Shown: piece by piece, positions 1-9,225 of the stretch
How the letters are laid out: each line of letters opens with the position of its first letter
Position numbering within the stretch: position 1 is the first letter of the stretch
IMG/VR virus record: IMGVR_UViG_3300008450_000030
Coordinates: 2,208 to 66,207 of that record
Length of the DNA: 64,000 bases
From: a virus
Taxonomy: Duplodnaviria; Caudoviricetes
Direction: 5' to 3' (one strand)
Position numbers and translations under genes: made by a program
Notes under the pieces: generated by a model
The model's database searches: none
What the model saw: the letters and a program-made list of their open reading frames with translations, nothing else
What the model was told of the DNA's origin: nothing

Positions 1-127
1 CTTTGAGGTTGCTGCCTGTGGCAGCATTGTATTTCTCTCTTCCCTTGGCGGTCAAGCCCGCACCCTTAGATACCGGGAGTTTTTCGCCTCGACCAACGGC
101 TAGGGATGGGGTCTTCTTCTTGGGCAT
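1..127 (-). CDS. Small basic phage protein (partial, runs off window)
   Basis: ATG at 127 after a GGA RBS; reads MPKKKTPSLAVGRGEKLPVSKGAGLTAKGREKYNAATGSNLK... Confidence 0.7.
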   Translation of the reverse strand, partial: MPKKKTPSLAVGRGEKLPVSKGAGLTAKGREKYNAATGSNLK

Positions 128-135
128 AGTGAGTC

Positions 136-1095
136 CTACTGTAGCGTAACGACCAAATAATTGTTCAAGACCTTGACAAATCGCCCGTATTCAATGTCAT
201 ACAGTATCAGTCCGTCAAGATTGACTCCGCTTCCTTCAACGAAATTGAGCGTTCCGGTGACGACAATCGCGGACACAGAACCAGACATGGAAAGGGCATC
301 AGCGCCGTTCAGATAGGCCAGTGAACCAGCGTTAGACAGATTGCCAGTAAACGATGGGGTGTCAGCGCCATCTGTGGTGGCTATAGTTCCGTTGACAGAT
401 ACCGCACCACTAAACGATGGGGTGTCTGCACCGTCTGTTGTGGAGATTGTTCCGCTGACAGATATTGCGCCGTTGAACGCTGGAGTATCTGCGCCGTCAG
501 TGGTTGCTATTGACCCTGTATTGGTCAACAAGCCTGCAAACGAAATGATGTCTGTGCCGTCTGTGGTGTTTAGCGTACCCGCAAGGATCAGTGAACCAGA
601 AGCATTAAGAACGTCTGCGCCGTCTGTTGTGGCAATAGTGCCAGTGACAGCAAGGCTAGCCGTTCCCGAAGCAATGAGAACATCCGCACCGTCAGTGGTG
701 GCGCTTGTACCTGTATTGGTCAGTACAGCGTTGGCCGCGAGTACGTCTGCGCCATCTGTGGTTGCTAGTGTGCCAGTAACATTAAGGCTAGCCGTTCCCG
801 AAGCATTGAGAACATCCGCACCGTCAGTGGTGTTTGATGTACCTGTATTGGTTAGTACACCAGCAGAAGCAAGAACGTCTGCGCCATCGGTCTTGGTTAG
901 CGAGGCAGTGTTGGTAAGGGTTCCGCTGGCAGCAAGAACGTCTGCGCCGTCTGTGGACGCTAGAGTTCCAACAATCCCAGTGACGCCAGCGGTCTGAAAT
1001 GCGTCATTCTGAAACGCATCCGCTTGAAAGGCTGGGTCAGCCGCCGCAGGTGCTGAAGAGGCTGCGCCACCAAGTAATAGTGGCGTGAACCACAT
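136..1095 (-). CDS. Thr/Gly-rich repeat virion fibre protein
   Basis: About 11 tandem 20-24 aa repeats with core TTDGAD; N-terminal AFQxDAFQxDAFQ; lies in the structural operon. Confidence 0.75.
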   Translation of the reverse strand: MWFTPLLLGGAASSAPAAADPAFQADAFQNDAFQTAGVTGIVGTLASTDGADVLAASGTLTNTASLTKTDGADVLASAGVLTNTGTSNTTDGADVLNASGTASLNVTGTLATTDGADVLAANAVLTNTGTSATTDGADVLIASGTASLAVTGTIATTDGADVLNASGSLILAGTLNTTDGTDIISFAGLLTNTGSIATTDGADTPAFNGAISVSGTISTTDGADTPSFSGAVSVNGTIATTDGADTPSFTGNLSNAGSLAYLNGADALSMSGSVSAIVVTGTLNFVEGSGVNLDGLILYDIEYGRFVKVLNNYLVVTLQ

Positions 1096-1455
1096 TTAAG
1101 CCACCTGTCTAATCGACCAAGAAATTGCTCTGTCCGTACCTTGCAACTTCGTCAAGGTGTATGTCCAGCCATGCATGAGCAAGAGGGCTGAGGTAACGTA
1201 AACAGGTGCTGTCTGCACTCCGCTAATCGTGGTGTCGTCAATGACGCGCTGCGTACTTCCCGGCGAACCAGACGACACAACCTTCTCATAAATCCTGAGT
1301 TGATAGGACTCCGTAGCCGTCAGGTTACTGAAGTCGAGGAACAGTTGGTAAATACCATCAGCGGTCTGGGCAGATACCGTGGTGCTGTTCGACGGCAGGT
1401 CGTACTGGGTCGTGCTGATGGTGGCAGAGCCGCTAAATGCCTCAGTAATAGCCAT
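1096..1455 (-). CDS. Hypothetical virion-associated protein
   Basis: 119 aa, beta-rich, tightly coupled to its neighbours. Confidence 0.7.
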   Translation of the reverse strand: MAITEAFSGSATISTTQYDLPSNSTTVSAQTADGIYQLFLDFSNLTATESYQLRIYEKVVSSGSPGSTQRVIDDTTISGVQTAPVYVTSALLLMHGWTYTLTKLQGTDRAISWSIRQVA

Positions 1456-2396
1456 TAGTCTACACTCCAGTAGGTGATAGCCACAAAACCGGGAGCCCCG
1501 TTCCCGCCAGCAGCGTCCCCCCCGCCGCCACTACCACCACCCCCAAAGCCGTAAGTTGGAGCCGTACCTGCTGCCCCTCCATTTGCCCCCGGAGCACCAA
1601 AACCAAACAAAGAGTGCCCACCAGCCCCACCAGCCCCGCGAGACAATGTGCCTGTTGTATTGCCAGTGCCTCCGGAAGGATTAACAGTTTGCTCTAAATT
1701 TGTACCGCCGAGGGTAATAAAAGAGCGTGCAACAAACGTGTTCCCACCGCCAGCAACGCTCCCAGTTGCGGCCCCCGCACAACCCCCAGAACCCCCCCAG
1801 TTGAAAATAATCGCATCAACGCCAAGCGGGTATATCCGCGAAGTAACATACGTTCCCATTGACCCTGCCGCACCCGCTGTGGCTCCACCGTTTCCAGTTG
1901 GTGATCCAGCATTACCTCCAGCGGCAAAGGTGGTTGGACTAGACCCCCCAGCAGTGCCTGCGGTAGGGTTTCCAGCAGTATTAGTAAGCAAGACTCTGCC
2001 AGATACGTTTTGACTAAACGCAATCGGCAAACCAGCCACAGACGTATTACCCGGCGTTCCACCTGCGGCTCCAATAGCGCCTCCAGCACCTCCAGCGGCT
2101 ATTGTGATCGTTAACGTGCTTTTTGGGGTGACTGCGACAAAAGGCGCATTAAAACAATAACCACCCGCTCCCCCACCTCCTCCCCCAACAGATATAGCCC
2201 CGCTGCCGTTTCCGCCGCCGCAACCGCCAGCACCTGCATTGGTCATGCCTAAAGTAATAGAGGCCACTCCATCTGGGACTGTCCATGTCCACGGCCCGGA
2301 CGTTGATGTGGCGTCAACAACGCCATCAGTAACTAGCCCCGTTCCGACCTTGAACTCAACAATATGCTGACGCAGTATTGGTGAACCGTAACTCAT
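1455..2396 (-). CDS. Glycine-rich tail fibre / receptor-binding protein
   Basis: WTVPDGVASIT...GAGGCGG start and GGGGSGGG...GAPGFVAITY end are typical of phage glycine-rich fibre domains. Confidence 0.75.
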   Translation of the reverse strand: MSYGSPILRQHIVEFKVGTGLVTDGVVDATSTSGPWTWTVPDGVASITLGMTNAGAGGCGGGNGSGAISVGGGGGGAGGYCFNAPFVAVTPKSTLTITIAAGGAGGAIGAAGGTPGNTSVAGLPIAFSQNVSGRVLLTNTAGNPTAGTAGGSSPTTFAAGGNAGSPTGNGGATAGAAGSMGTYVTSRIYPLGVDAIIFNWGGSGGCAGAATGSVAGGGNTFVARSFITLGGTNLEQTVNPSGGTGNTTGTLSRGAGGAGGHSLFGFGAPGANGGAAGTAPTYGFGGGGSGGGGDAAGGNGAPGFVAITYWSVD

Positions 2397-2806
2397 ACCG
2401 TCACCCCCAGAATTCGATCCGCATCAGCGGTGGTGATGTATCCCTGACTGGCGCAATGGTTGACGAAGTACACGGTGTCTGGGTCTTGCAGGTTGACATC
2501 CTCGGCCAGATCAAGCAGTTGAAGCCCGTCCACGATCACCGGGTCATTGGCTGCGCGAATACTGATGCGCTGCTGGGCCGTGAAACGGCGCAAGAACTCC
2601 AGCCTCGACACTGGGCCGGGAGGCAAGATCACCACCGGAGCCTTGCTGAAGTCCACCCCGTCGTACAAATCACCGGGGCCGAACTGGGTCAGATCACCAG
2701 TGCGCTCGATGCAGATATGGTCGGGGTAGAACTGCTGCGCCCTTGCCACTGAGTCGGCACAGATGCAGTTCTCGACGATGCCGTTGGCGATGAGGAAAAC
2801 GTCCAT
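2393..2806 (-). CDS. Putative tail-fibre assembly/chaperone protein
   Basis: GPGDLYDGVDF and SRLEFLRRFT...ITTADADRIL resemble proteins encoded beside Gly-rich fibres. Confidence 0.6.
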   Translation of the reverse strand: MDVFLIANGIVENCICADSVARAQQFYPDHICIERTGDLTQFGPGDLYDGVDFSKAPVVILPPGPVSRLEFLRRFTAQQRISIRAANDPVIVDGLQLLDLAEDVNLQDPDTVYFVNHCASQGYITTADADRILGVTV

Positions 2807-2808
2807 AC

Positions 2809-3360
2809 TTAATCCACTACTTTTACAGGCTTGACCAAAGTAGCATACAGATCAGTAGCCGCTTCTTTGTAGTTCTGAAGCGCAAACTGGACATGATCTG
2901 GATGCCTTGCGCCGAGTTCTGGGCTAAACGAATAGCCCCACGTTGCATCGAAATTGCAGGAGTACCCCTCTGGGTTCCATTTTATATCGGTGTGGGAAGC
3001 GTTGGTAGCCCTCCACTCCCGCTTCAGGTAGTAATAGAACATCTCAGCCACCGGGGGCCATTGATGGGTGAAGTCCCCATAGGCCCGATTTGACGCCCAA
3101 TGAGGCGTGGCAATGATGGCTTTGCCACCGTCCTTCAGCACCCGGAAGGCTTCGTTCATAAAGTGAACGCGCTGCCGAGCAGTCAGATGCTCAAGGAAGT
3201 GGCTGGCGTTTATCTCTTCCACCGTGCCATCTTCCCAAGGCCACGGGTCAACACCGATGTTCAGAACGACATCGACACCTTCCATAGCGTACTGATCGAC
3301 GCCGAGGAATCCTTCTTTCTTGCGTGGGCCACAGCCGAGGTCAAGTTTCATAGTCACCAA
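2809..3360 (-). CDS. Class I SAM-dependent methyltransferase (type 11-like)
   Basis: Motif I LDLGCG, then SHFLEHL and EAFRVLKDGG. Confidence 0.88.
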   Translation of the reverse strand: MVTMKLDLGCGPRKKEGFLGVDQYAMEGVDVVLNIGVDPWPWEDGTVEEINASHFLEHLTARQRVHFMNEAFRVLKDGGKAIIATPHWASNRAYGDFTHQWPPVAEMFYYYLKREWRATNASHTDIKWNPEGYSCNFDATWGYSFSPELGARHPDHVQFALQNYKEAATDLYATLVKPVKVVD

Positions 3361-4088
3361 GTGTAGTCAGGAATCCCGCCGCGCTTGCCTTCAAGGTCAT
3401 AGTGCCCGACCTTTACTGAACAATCTATAGCGCACCGATAGCCGTGTTTACGAGCTTCGGCCCAGAAGTAGAGGTCTTGAGTAGCCACGCCGCCTTCAGT
3501 CTGGGTCACAAACCACGGCTTGCGGAGTTTCTCATCCTTGAACATATCCAGACGCCAGACATTAAACCCCATCCCCGTGCCGTAGCACTCGACCAGCCCA
3601 CCGTTGGGATCAGGCTTTTGGGGGCGGAAGTTCTGGATCGGGTCTTTGATGTCACCCCAGATTTGAGCGCAGCCTCCCGGCCCTTGGGTGAAGTACAAAC
3701 CACCAATACAAGCGTACTCAGGATGCGCTTCCATCTGGGCCAACAACTTGATGATCCCGTCTGCTGGCGGGATGTTGTCGTGTTCCAGCGTGATGATGTA
3801 CTTCCACTTGGACAGATCAGGATGCGCGAGGATGCTCTCGATGGCAGAACTAAACGCTTTGCCTACTTCCATCCCAACTGCCCATAGCCGAGTGAACTTG
3901 GCGTTAGGTGGGGCGTACAGGTTCATCCAACTGGCGACTGCCTTAGTCGGAATTTGACCGAAACACGGCACGATCTGGATGCATGACAGGTCTTTGTAGG
4001 ACTTGTCTGCCGTCAACCGGGAGATGGTTTCGTCCAGATCAGCGTTGTGTTTGCCACCGTCATAGGATGAAATGATTTGTGGCTGCAT
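3354..4088 (-). CDS. Glycosyltransferase, GT-A/GT2-like
   Basis: YIITLEHDN (DxD equivalent), GTGMGF, TQDLYF and IDCSVKVGH. The ATG at 4088 overlaps the upstream TGA. Confidence 0.8.
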   Translation of the reverse strand: MQPQIISSYDGGKHNADLDETISRLTADKSYKDLSCIQIVPCFGQIPTKAVASWMNLYAPPNAKFTRLWAVGMEVGKAFSSAIESILAHPDLSKWKYIITLEHDNIPPADGIIKLLAQMEAHPEYACIGGLYFTQGPGGCAQIWGDIKDPIQNFRPQKPDPNGGLVECYGTGMGFNVWRLDMFKDEKLRKPWFVTQTEGGVATQDLYFWAEARKHGYRCAIDCSVKVGHYDLEGKRGGIPDYTW

Positions 4089-4249
4089 CAAGGCATCCCG
4101 ACAACCAACGTGGCAACGTAAACGGCCCCGCCTGTTACGTCATACTCCCGAACGCAAAGTGCGATATTGGGCACGGGGTTGCTCAGTACGATGTAGACCA
4201 CCTCGTCAACCGTAATGCGTTGGCAACTAGCAAAATCATTGATGTCCAT
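4088..4249 (-). CDS. Small hypothetical protein (53 aa, not in ORF track)
   Basis: MDINDFASCQRITVDEVVYIVLSNPVPNIALCVREYDVTGGAVYVATLVVGMP exactly fills the gap, with a TGATG overlap. Confidence 0.65.
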   Translation of the reverse strand: MDINDFASCQRITVDEVVYIVLSNPVPNIALCVREYDVTGGAVYVATLVVGMP

Positions 4250-4250
4250 C

Positions 4251-5201
4251 TTAGACCGTGCCGTTTATGAACATGACCGCTGGGGCGCGGAACGCAAGCG
4301 AATCAGAACCGCGAATTTGACTAAAGGCAACGCTGTTTGGCATCCCTGATGTAGTCGCACTATAAACGCCCTGCCCCAACGTCCATTGCTGCGTGGTGCT
4401 ATGCGCTTGACCGAAGAAGCCCACAAAGTTGCTGTTGACGTTGGAAACCAACATCTGCGAAACGGACGCATTACCCCCGGCTGTTGTGGTTCGAGACAAG
4501 TGCCCAATCCAGATTTCACTTTCTGGGACGGTCAAAGACCACGGGAACGTGAGCAAACGCATACCGGAGTGCAAAGAGTAACTACCAACCGTGCCAGAAA
4601 ATGTCAACGCGGTGCTAAACGAAGTGCTTGCGCTCAATGACAGGGTGCTGACGTTTTGCGTGTAGAACCCCATCCAGTAACTCAACGTGACTGAGCCTGT
4701 GGAGTTGGTAGCGTTGGTGTAGGCAACTGGAACGCCAACACGGTTTTGGAAGTAATACGGCGAGTGTTCTGGCTCGAAATACAGAGTTCCCTGACCTTGC
4801 TGACCCGCAACCATCATCAGGTCGGAGTAAGGTGTCCAGCCGTCGTAGGTGGCATTGGGGATGATTGAAGCAGTTACCGTGCTGCCCGCCATGCCAAACG
4901 TAACGCCGTTGGCGTTGCTGAACAAAGCAGTACCGCTGGACAAAGTTGATCCGGCTACTGCCAGACCGATACCACCCCCGCCATTGCCGCCGCTGATGAT
5001 GATGGTGCTGCCCGTCCCGCTCAGAGTGACGTTGTTGCCGCCCTGATAGACGATGTTTGTACCGCTGATAGTGGATGCACCAGCGGTGTTCCCTGCAAGG
5101 GTCACAAACTGATTGTGGCCGCTGTTCCAATCAGATGGGCGAACTACAGATGTGGCTGTACCGTCGCCTACCGTTTGGCTATACGCATGGTACAGAGCCA
5201 T
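4251..5201 (-). CDS. Ser/Thr-rich virion fibre/spike protein
   Basis: N-terminal VRPSDWNxxH anchor-like motif and FSNANGVTFG segment; structural operon. Confidence 0.65.
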   Translation of the reverse strand: MALYHAYSQTVGDGTATSVVRPSDWNSGHNQFVTLAGNTAGASTISGTNIVYQGGNNVTLSGTGSTIIISGGNGGGGIGLAVAGSTLSSGTALFSNANGVTFGMAGSTVTASIIPNATYDGWTPYSDLMMVAGQQGQGTLYFEPEHSPYYFQNRVGVPVAYTNATNSTGSVTLSYWMGFYTQNVSTLSLSASTSFSTALTFSGTVGSYSLHSGMRLLTFPWSLTVPESEIWIGHLSRTTTAGGNASVSQMLVSNVNSNFVGFFGQAHSTTQQWTLGQGVYSATTSGMPNSVAFSQIRGSDSLAFRAPAVMFINGTV

Positions 5202-5203
5202 GA

Positions 5204-5611
5204 TTACGCTCCGAAGGCGGTAATCGTAGCGAAGTTAGTTACAGCAACCGTCAAACCGATGCTAATGGTGGTGGTGTTCAAATTCAGATCAGAACCAGAA
5301 GTACCGCACAGACCTTGCAACACCGCATTGGTAGTGGTCACTGCGGATGGGTAAATGCGGAAATACCCCGCCGTCCCCGCGCCAGTTGCCGTGGCTGAAG
5401 TAATGGCGTTAAACGTCAACACCCCGCTAGACGCCGTCCCAAGTCCCGATACGCTACAAGTAAGCGTAGCCAACAAAGACCCAGAATCAGCCGTACCGCA
5501 GTTGGCAGGGGGCGAGCCCGTGAAAATTTTCATTACCGCAGACGTACCCGCTTGGGTAGCAATGTCCGTCATTGCGTTGGTGCGGTGCGTAGTTGAGTAC
5601 TGGAGAGCCAT
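5204..5611 (-). CDS. Small beta-rich virion structural protein
   Basis: IFTGSPPANC...GTAGYFRI...GTSGSDLNL; common phage structural family. Confidence 0.7.
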   Translation of the reverse strand: MALQYSTTHRTNAMTDIATQAGTSAVMKIFTGSPPANCGTADSGSLLATLTCSVSGLGTASSGVLTFNAITSATATGAGTAGYFRIYPSAVTTTNAVLQGLCGTSGSDLNLNTTTISIGLTVAVTNFATITAFGA

Positions 5612-5630
5612 GTTGAATCCTTAAATAGGC

Positions 5631-5864
5631 CTATGAATAAGACAATGATGCTCGATCATTCCATACATTGACAGAACCATCATTACCGTTCGCCCATGTA
5701 ATAGACATACTGCCGCCAGTATTGTCTAGCTTGTAGATCGACCACACAGGGGAAGAAAGAGCGGCCCCAGTAGCGGCCCTACCAATGTAGTAAATGGGGG
5801 CAGCAGAAGCATCCAGTTGGGTAGCCGTGCCTTCTGGGGCGCGGTAACTTACTTGGCTGCTCAT
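5631..5864 (-). CDS. Hypothetical structural protein
   Basis: YYIGRA...W.I.K...WADG-like...WNDRASLSY pattern. Confidence 0.7.
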   Translation of the reverse strand: MSSQVSYRAPEGTATQLDASAAPIYYIGRAATGAALSSPVWSIYKLDNTGGSMSITWANGNDGSVNVWNDRASLSYS

Positions 5865-5867
5865 GCA

Positions 5868-6407
5868 TTACTCTACCGTAAAGGAGTCAGCGAACTTCTT
5901 AGCTTGTGCCTTTGCCTTCTCCAACTTAGCTTCCAATTGCGTAATTGAAGCATCCAACTCGGCTTGCCGGATTTGGGCTTGAACTACACTAGAGTCATGC
6001 CGCTTCTGGTTCGCCTCAATCTTCGCGGCGATATCAGCCTGTGCAGCAGCAAACGCTGCCTGAGCTTTGGTTGACTCTGTTTCAACAGCAGTCAAGATGT
6101 CCGCAATCTTCGCGCTAGCTTGTTGTTGAGCTTCAGCAATCGCTTGAACAGACTCAGCTTTAGCCTGAGTAGCCGCTGCAATGCTAGCGACAACCGCTTC
6201 CTTGTTCGTAGCAATCTCACCCTTGAGGTCTTCCACCGTCTTTTGGAGATCGGCTACTTCCTTAGTTAGAGCATCTTTATGGTTAGTAGCGTTTGCAAGT
6301 ACGGAAAATACTTCATCCGCGCCATTTAGCGCCGTGACCATAGGAGCAAAGAAGCTAATAGCTTGCGTCAATGTAGCCGCTGCTTTACTAACATCGTTCT
6401 TGTTCAT
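5868..6407 (-). CDS. Coiled-coil hypothetical protein
   Basis: A/K/Q/E-rich heptad sequence, 179 aa. Confidence 0.7.
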   Translation of the reverse strand: MNKNDVSKAAATLTQAISFFAPMVTALNGADEVFSVLANATNHKDALTKEVADLQKTVEDLKGEIATNKEAVVASIAAATQAKAESVQAIAEAQQQASAKIADILTAVETESTKAQAAFAAAQADIAAKIEANQKRHDSSVVQAQIRQAELDASITQLEAKLEKAKAQAKKFADSFTVE

Positions 6408-6408
6408 G

Positions 6409-6741
6409 TTAATACCCCGCCTGAATGACTGTAAGCGTTGCTGAACCAGAAGTCCATGCTGTGATCTCCAACCTGACGGCGGTTACTGGGTACGTAAGAT
6501 TGCCCGTCTTGTTAGCTGTTTGCGCCACCAGAGCCGTCAGATCAGTATACCAAGTAGCAGTGCTAGGGTTAAAATCCGAAGCATACACATTATCAAATGT
6601 GTAGGTGACAGAATATGTCAACCCAGCGCCCGAGGAAATCTTTACGCCCATACCCACATTAAACGGGTCGGCGTAATTATTCAGGGGGATCGGAGGGGAT
6701 ACGCTGATAGCGGATAGCGTAACTCGTACTGGCCTTGCCAT
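6409..6741 (-). CDS. Virion structural protein (decoration-like)
   Basis: Ends PVTAVRL...SATLTVIQAG; AGGAG RBS. Confidence 0.7.
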   Translation of the reverse strand: MARPVRVTLSAISVSPPIPLNNYADPFNVGMGVKISSGAGLTYSVTYTFDNVYASDFNPSTATWYTDLTALVAQTANKTGNLTYPVTAVRLEITAWTSGSATLTVIQAGY

Positions 6742-6760
6742 AATTTATCTCCTATGAAAT

Positions 6761-6776
6761 GGGGGCCGAAGCCCCC
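6761..6776 (-). terminator. GC hairpin (cUUCGg loop on the minus strand), weak terminator or stabiliser
   Basis: GGGGGC-TTCG-GCCCCC on the minus strand between genes, with only a short U tail. Confidence 0.5.
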
Positions 6777-6784
6777 GAGACTAA

Positions 6785-7273
6785 TTAGGCAGTAAAGGCG
6801 GTTGGAGCAATCGCACCGTCAGGGTTACGCACGATATACGCGATGGAGAACACTCCAGCGCCCGTACCACCACCGCCGTTGGTTTGCGTAAACGAGACAA
6901 TTGCGTCAGTCGAACCAACATTGGCGACGAGGCCGGGGTTAGTCGTACCGAGAGCAAGCGCAGCAACACCAGTAGCGCCCGCAGCAGGGGAGGCAACCGT
7001 GATTGCCGCCGTGATAGCCGTACCGTTCACGAAGATCGTGAGCGTTGGGTTCGTGGTGGTGTACGCGGTAGTAATCAGAAACTGGACGTTCTGAATGGCT
7101 GCTCCAGCGGGGAGAACAGCCAGAACGGTATTAGCCGTGGTGTCAGCGTAAGCGACAGTTTTGAACTGCACAGAGGGGCAAGCACCGATATTGCGGATCG
7201 TGCCAGCGGTAGTGCCAGTCGTGTCCTTAACAGTGCCGAGCAGCCAAGGGCCAAGGTGAGTTGCGAATCCCAT
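6785..7273 (-). CDS. Virion structural protein downstream of the capsid gene
   Basis: MGFATHLGPWLLGTVK N-terminus; GAGG RBS. Confidence 0.75.
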   Translation of the reverse strand: MGFATHLGPWLLGTVKDTTGTTAGTIRNIGACPSVQFKTVAYADTTANTVLAVLPAGAAIQNVQFLITTAYTTTNPTLTIFVNGTAITAAITVASPAAGATGVAALALGTTNPGLVANVGSTDAIVSFTQTNGGGGTGAGVFSIAYIVRNPDGAIAPTAFTA

Positions 7274-7290
7274 GATATATCCTCATTTGC

Positions 7291-7346
7291 GGCTTGCTGT
7301 CTTGAGGGAAGTCTGCCAAGTCAGTCAACAAGCCAAGTAGTCTTGG
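7291..7346 (-). ncRNA. Putative structured RNA downstream of the gpT-type capsid gene (possibly the Mu-gpT-DE motif)
   Basis: On the minus strand GGCTTGTT pairs with AGCAAGCC, and CCAAG can pair with a CTTGG inside the loop. The position matches the named motif, but identity was not verified. Confidence 0.4.
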
Positions 7347-7371
7347 TACTACGGTTGTACCACACCCAAAC

Positions 7372-7405
7372 AAAAAAGAAAAGGGGTAGGCTTGTGACCT
7401 ACCCC
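7372..7405 (-). terminator. Rho-independent terminator after the major capsid gene
   Basis: GGGGTAGG-TCACAAG-CCTACCCC followed by TTTTCTTTTTT. Confidence 0.85.
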
Positions 7406-7440
7406 CAATCCAGCCGGGAACCCCCAACCCTATCTAACTA

Positions 7441-8352
7441 TCAGGTCGAACCTGACGATCCCCACATACCCAGAGGATCAGACCAGCCGAACGAATAACG
7501 CTCGCGGGACTTGTAGCGGACATTGCCCGTGTCGAAGTCACCGTCCATGCTGTTAGACAGCGGGGTGCGAACGAAATGCTTCATGCCGTTAGGAACGTCC
7601 GTGGTCAGGAACCAAGCGTTGTTGTCGGTCAAGAAGTTGTTAATGGTATAGCCTTCTGGGACTGAACCATTGTTCTTCAGAGCGTTGATATCGTTATCGG
7701 TAGTACCAACACGGAGGCTGGTTTCCAACAGACGGGTAGCAACGAACTGCAGAGCAGGAGGAACAATCATCTTCTTGGGCTTAGCAGCGATCAGCAGACC
7801 ACGCTCATCCGTCCAAGCAGCGATCTGAATAACGGCGGCTTCAAGCGAAGTCTCGTTCAGGTCAGCTTGGGTAGTAGGCGTGTTGCTGTTCGTACCACCA
7901 GACACCAGAGGGTGAGCCGCGCTGAACAGAGCCACGCCATCGCCACCGAGGTAGCCATTGGAGAAACCGTTGTTCAGAACTGCAGCAGCCTTAACCTGCT
8001 TGGTGTAGGCCATAGCCCGTGCCAAAGACTTCGTGTAACGAGCCGAAAGGCTGTCATACAGATTGTCTTCAACAGCTTCTTCGGTAATCGAGAAGCCCAG
8101 AGCGATAGTCTCGTGGTTGTATCGAGTCGTCCAAGCTTCCTGCGCATTGTCGTAGGAAATGGCAGAGCCTTCGTTCTTGACTGGAGCAGCCGAGAAGCCA
8201 GACAGCTTGGTTTCTTCTTCAAAGGAACGCTCAGAGGTTTCAGTCTCGTAGATTTCCTTGTGTTGCTCGCCGTAGCGAGAATACTCCATACCAAACAAGG
8301 CGTTGAGGCCGGGGAGGAGTTCTTTAAGTAGTTGTGCGCGTGAAATAGCCAT
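7441..8352 (-). CDS. Major capsid protein (HK97 fold, Mu gpT-like family)
   Basis: MAISRAQLLKELLPGLNALFG...ERYSFGWSDPLG; strong RBS and downstream terminator. Confidence 0.93.
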   Translation of the reverse strand: MAISRAQLLKELLPGLNALFGMEYSRYGEQHKEIYETETSERSFEEETKLSGFSAAPVKNEGSAISYDNAQEAWTTRYNHETIALGFSITEEAVEDNLYDSLSARYTKSLARAMAYTKQVKAAAVLNNGFSNGYLGGDGVALFSAAHPLVSGGTNSNTPTTQADLNETSLEAAVIQIAAWTDERGLLIAAKPKKMIVPPALQFVATRLLETSLRVGTTDNDINALKNNGSVPEGYTINNFLTDNNAWFLTTDVPNGMKHFVRTPLSNSMDGDFDTGNVRYKSRERYSFGWSDPLGMWGSSGST

Positions 8353-8365
8353 TTTGTATTACTCC

Positions 8366-9211
8366 TTAGACAGCAGCAGCCGTGTAGTACGAATGACTAG
8401 CGAAGTTAATCTTCACCAACATTTCGGGAATCTGCGTGAACAGAATCGTAGAGCTAGCGGGGATAACCGTTGCGCTGTTGCCCAAAGAGCTAGTTGCCAC
8501 GTTGATAGTGACAGACGTAGCGCCAGCGGCGGCTGCGACGGAAACGAACGAACCCGTACGGACGATCTGACCGTTAGGCGTAGCACCACCGAAGATGTAC
8601 GAGACATCAGTACCGACAGGGATTGCCGAAGGCAGTGCGCTGCAAGTGATAGTCGTAGAAGACGAAGAACCCGTTGCGGCAATCGAAACAGCCGTATCAG
8701 GAACAACACCAACCACACGTACTGGGAACGCTGCGGTAGTCAGGGTAGCAGAGTACAGCAAGGCATTTGCCGAGTTGCCCGTGTTGACGTTACCCGTATT
8801 GTCGATCATGGAATAGTTCTGACCGAGCATAGCGTAGTTGCCAGAAGCCATCACCGTGGTTGCTGAGCAAACAGCAGCCTTGAAGACCGTATCAGGATCA
8901 TCACAGACGATTGCAGTACCGCCAGCAGCCGTACCAGCGGGCCAAGACTGTGAGTACACAGTTTGCTTGGTGCTTGGGTTGGTGTAGTAGCAACCGAGGA
9001 AGATACCAACCATTGCAGCACTTTGGCCGCTGGTGGTAACTGCGAAGCGCGACACGTTGCCACGGATGATCTTCACGAAATCGCCGTAGAAGATGCCCGT
9101 AGTGTCGCCGTATTGGATTGGATATTCACGGGTAGAACCCGCGAACACTTGACCACCAATCAGATTGATTGGCTTTAGGCCATATGGTTTATCAATAGTG
9201 GGATATGCCAT
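8366..9211 (-). CDS. Capsid-associated (cement/decoration) protein
   Basis: MAYPTIDKPYGLKPINLIGGQ...GIFLGCYYT...DDPD; directly upstream of the capsid gene. Confidence 0.7.
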   Translation of the reverse strand: MAYPTIDKPYGLKPINLIGGQVFAGSTREYPIQYGDTTGIFYGDFVKIIRGNVSRFAVTTSGQSAAMVGIFLGCYYTNPSTKQTVYSQSWPAGTAAGGTAIVCDDPDTVFKAAVCSATTVMASGNYAMLGQNYSMIDNTGNVNTGNSANALLYSATLTTAAFPVRVVGVVPDTAVSIAATGSSSSTTITCSALPSAIPVGTDVSYIFGGATPNGQIVRTGSFVSVAAAAGATSVTINVATSSLGNSATVIPASSTILFTQIPEMLVKINFASHSYYTAAAV

Positions 9212-9225
9212 TTAAGACTCCTGTT

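Noticed and set aside
341-997. Long antisense ORFs (also 11533-12306, 35326-36177, 46106-47029, 60852-61502, 62737-63582)
   Set aside because: Shadows of real genes caused by codon bias; no recognisable motifs.
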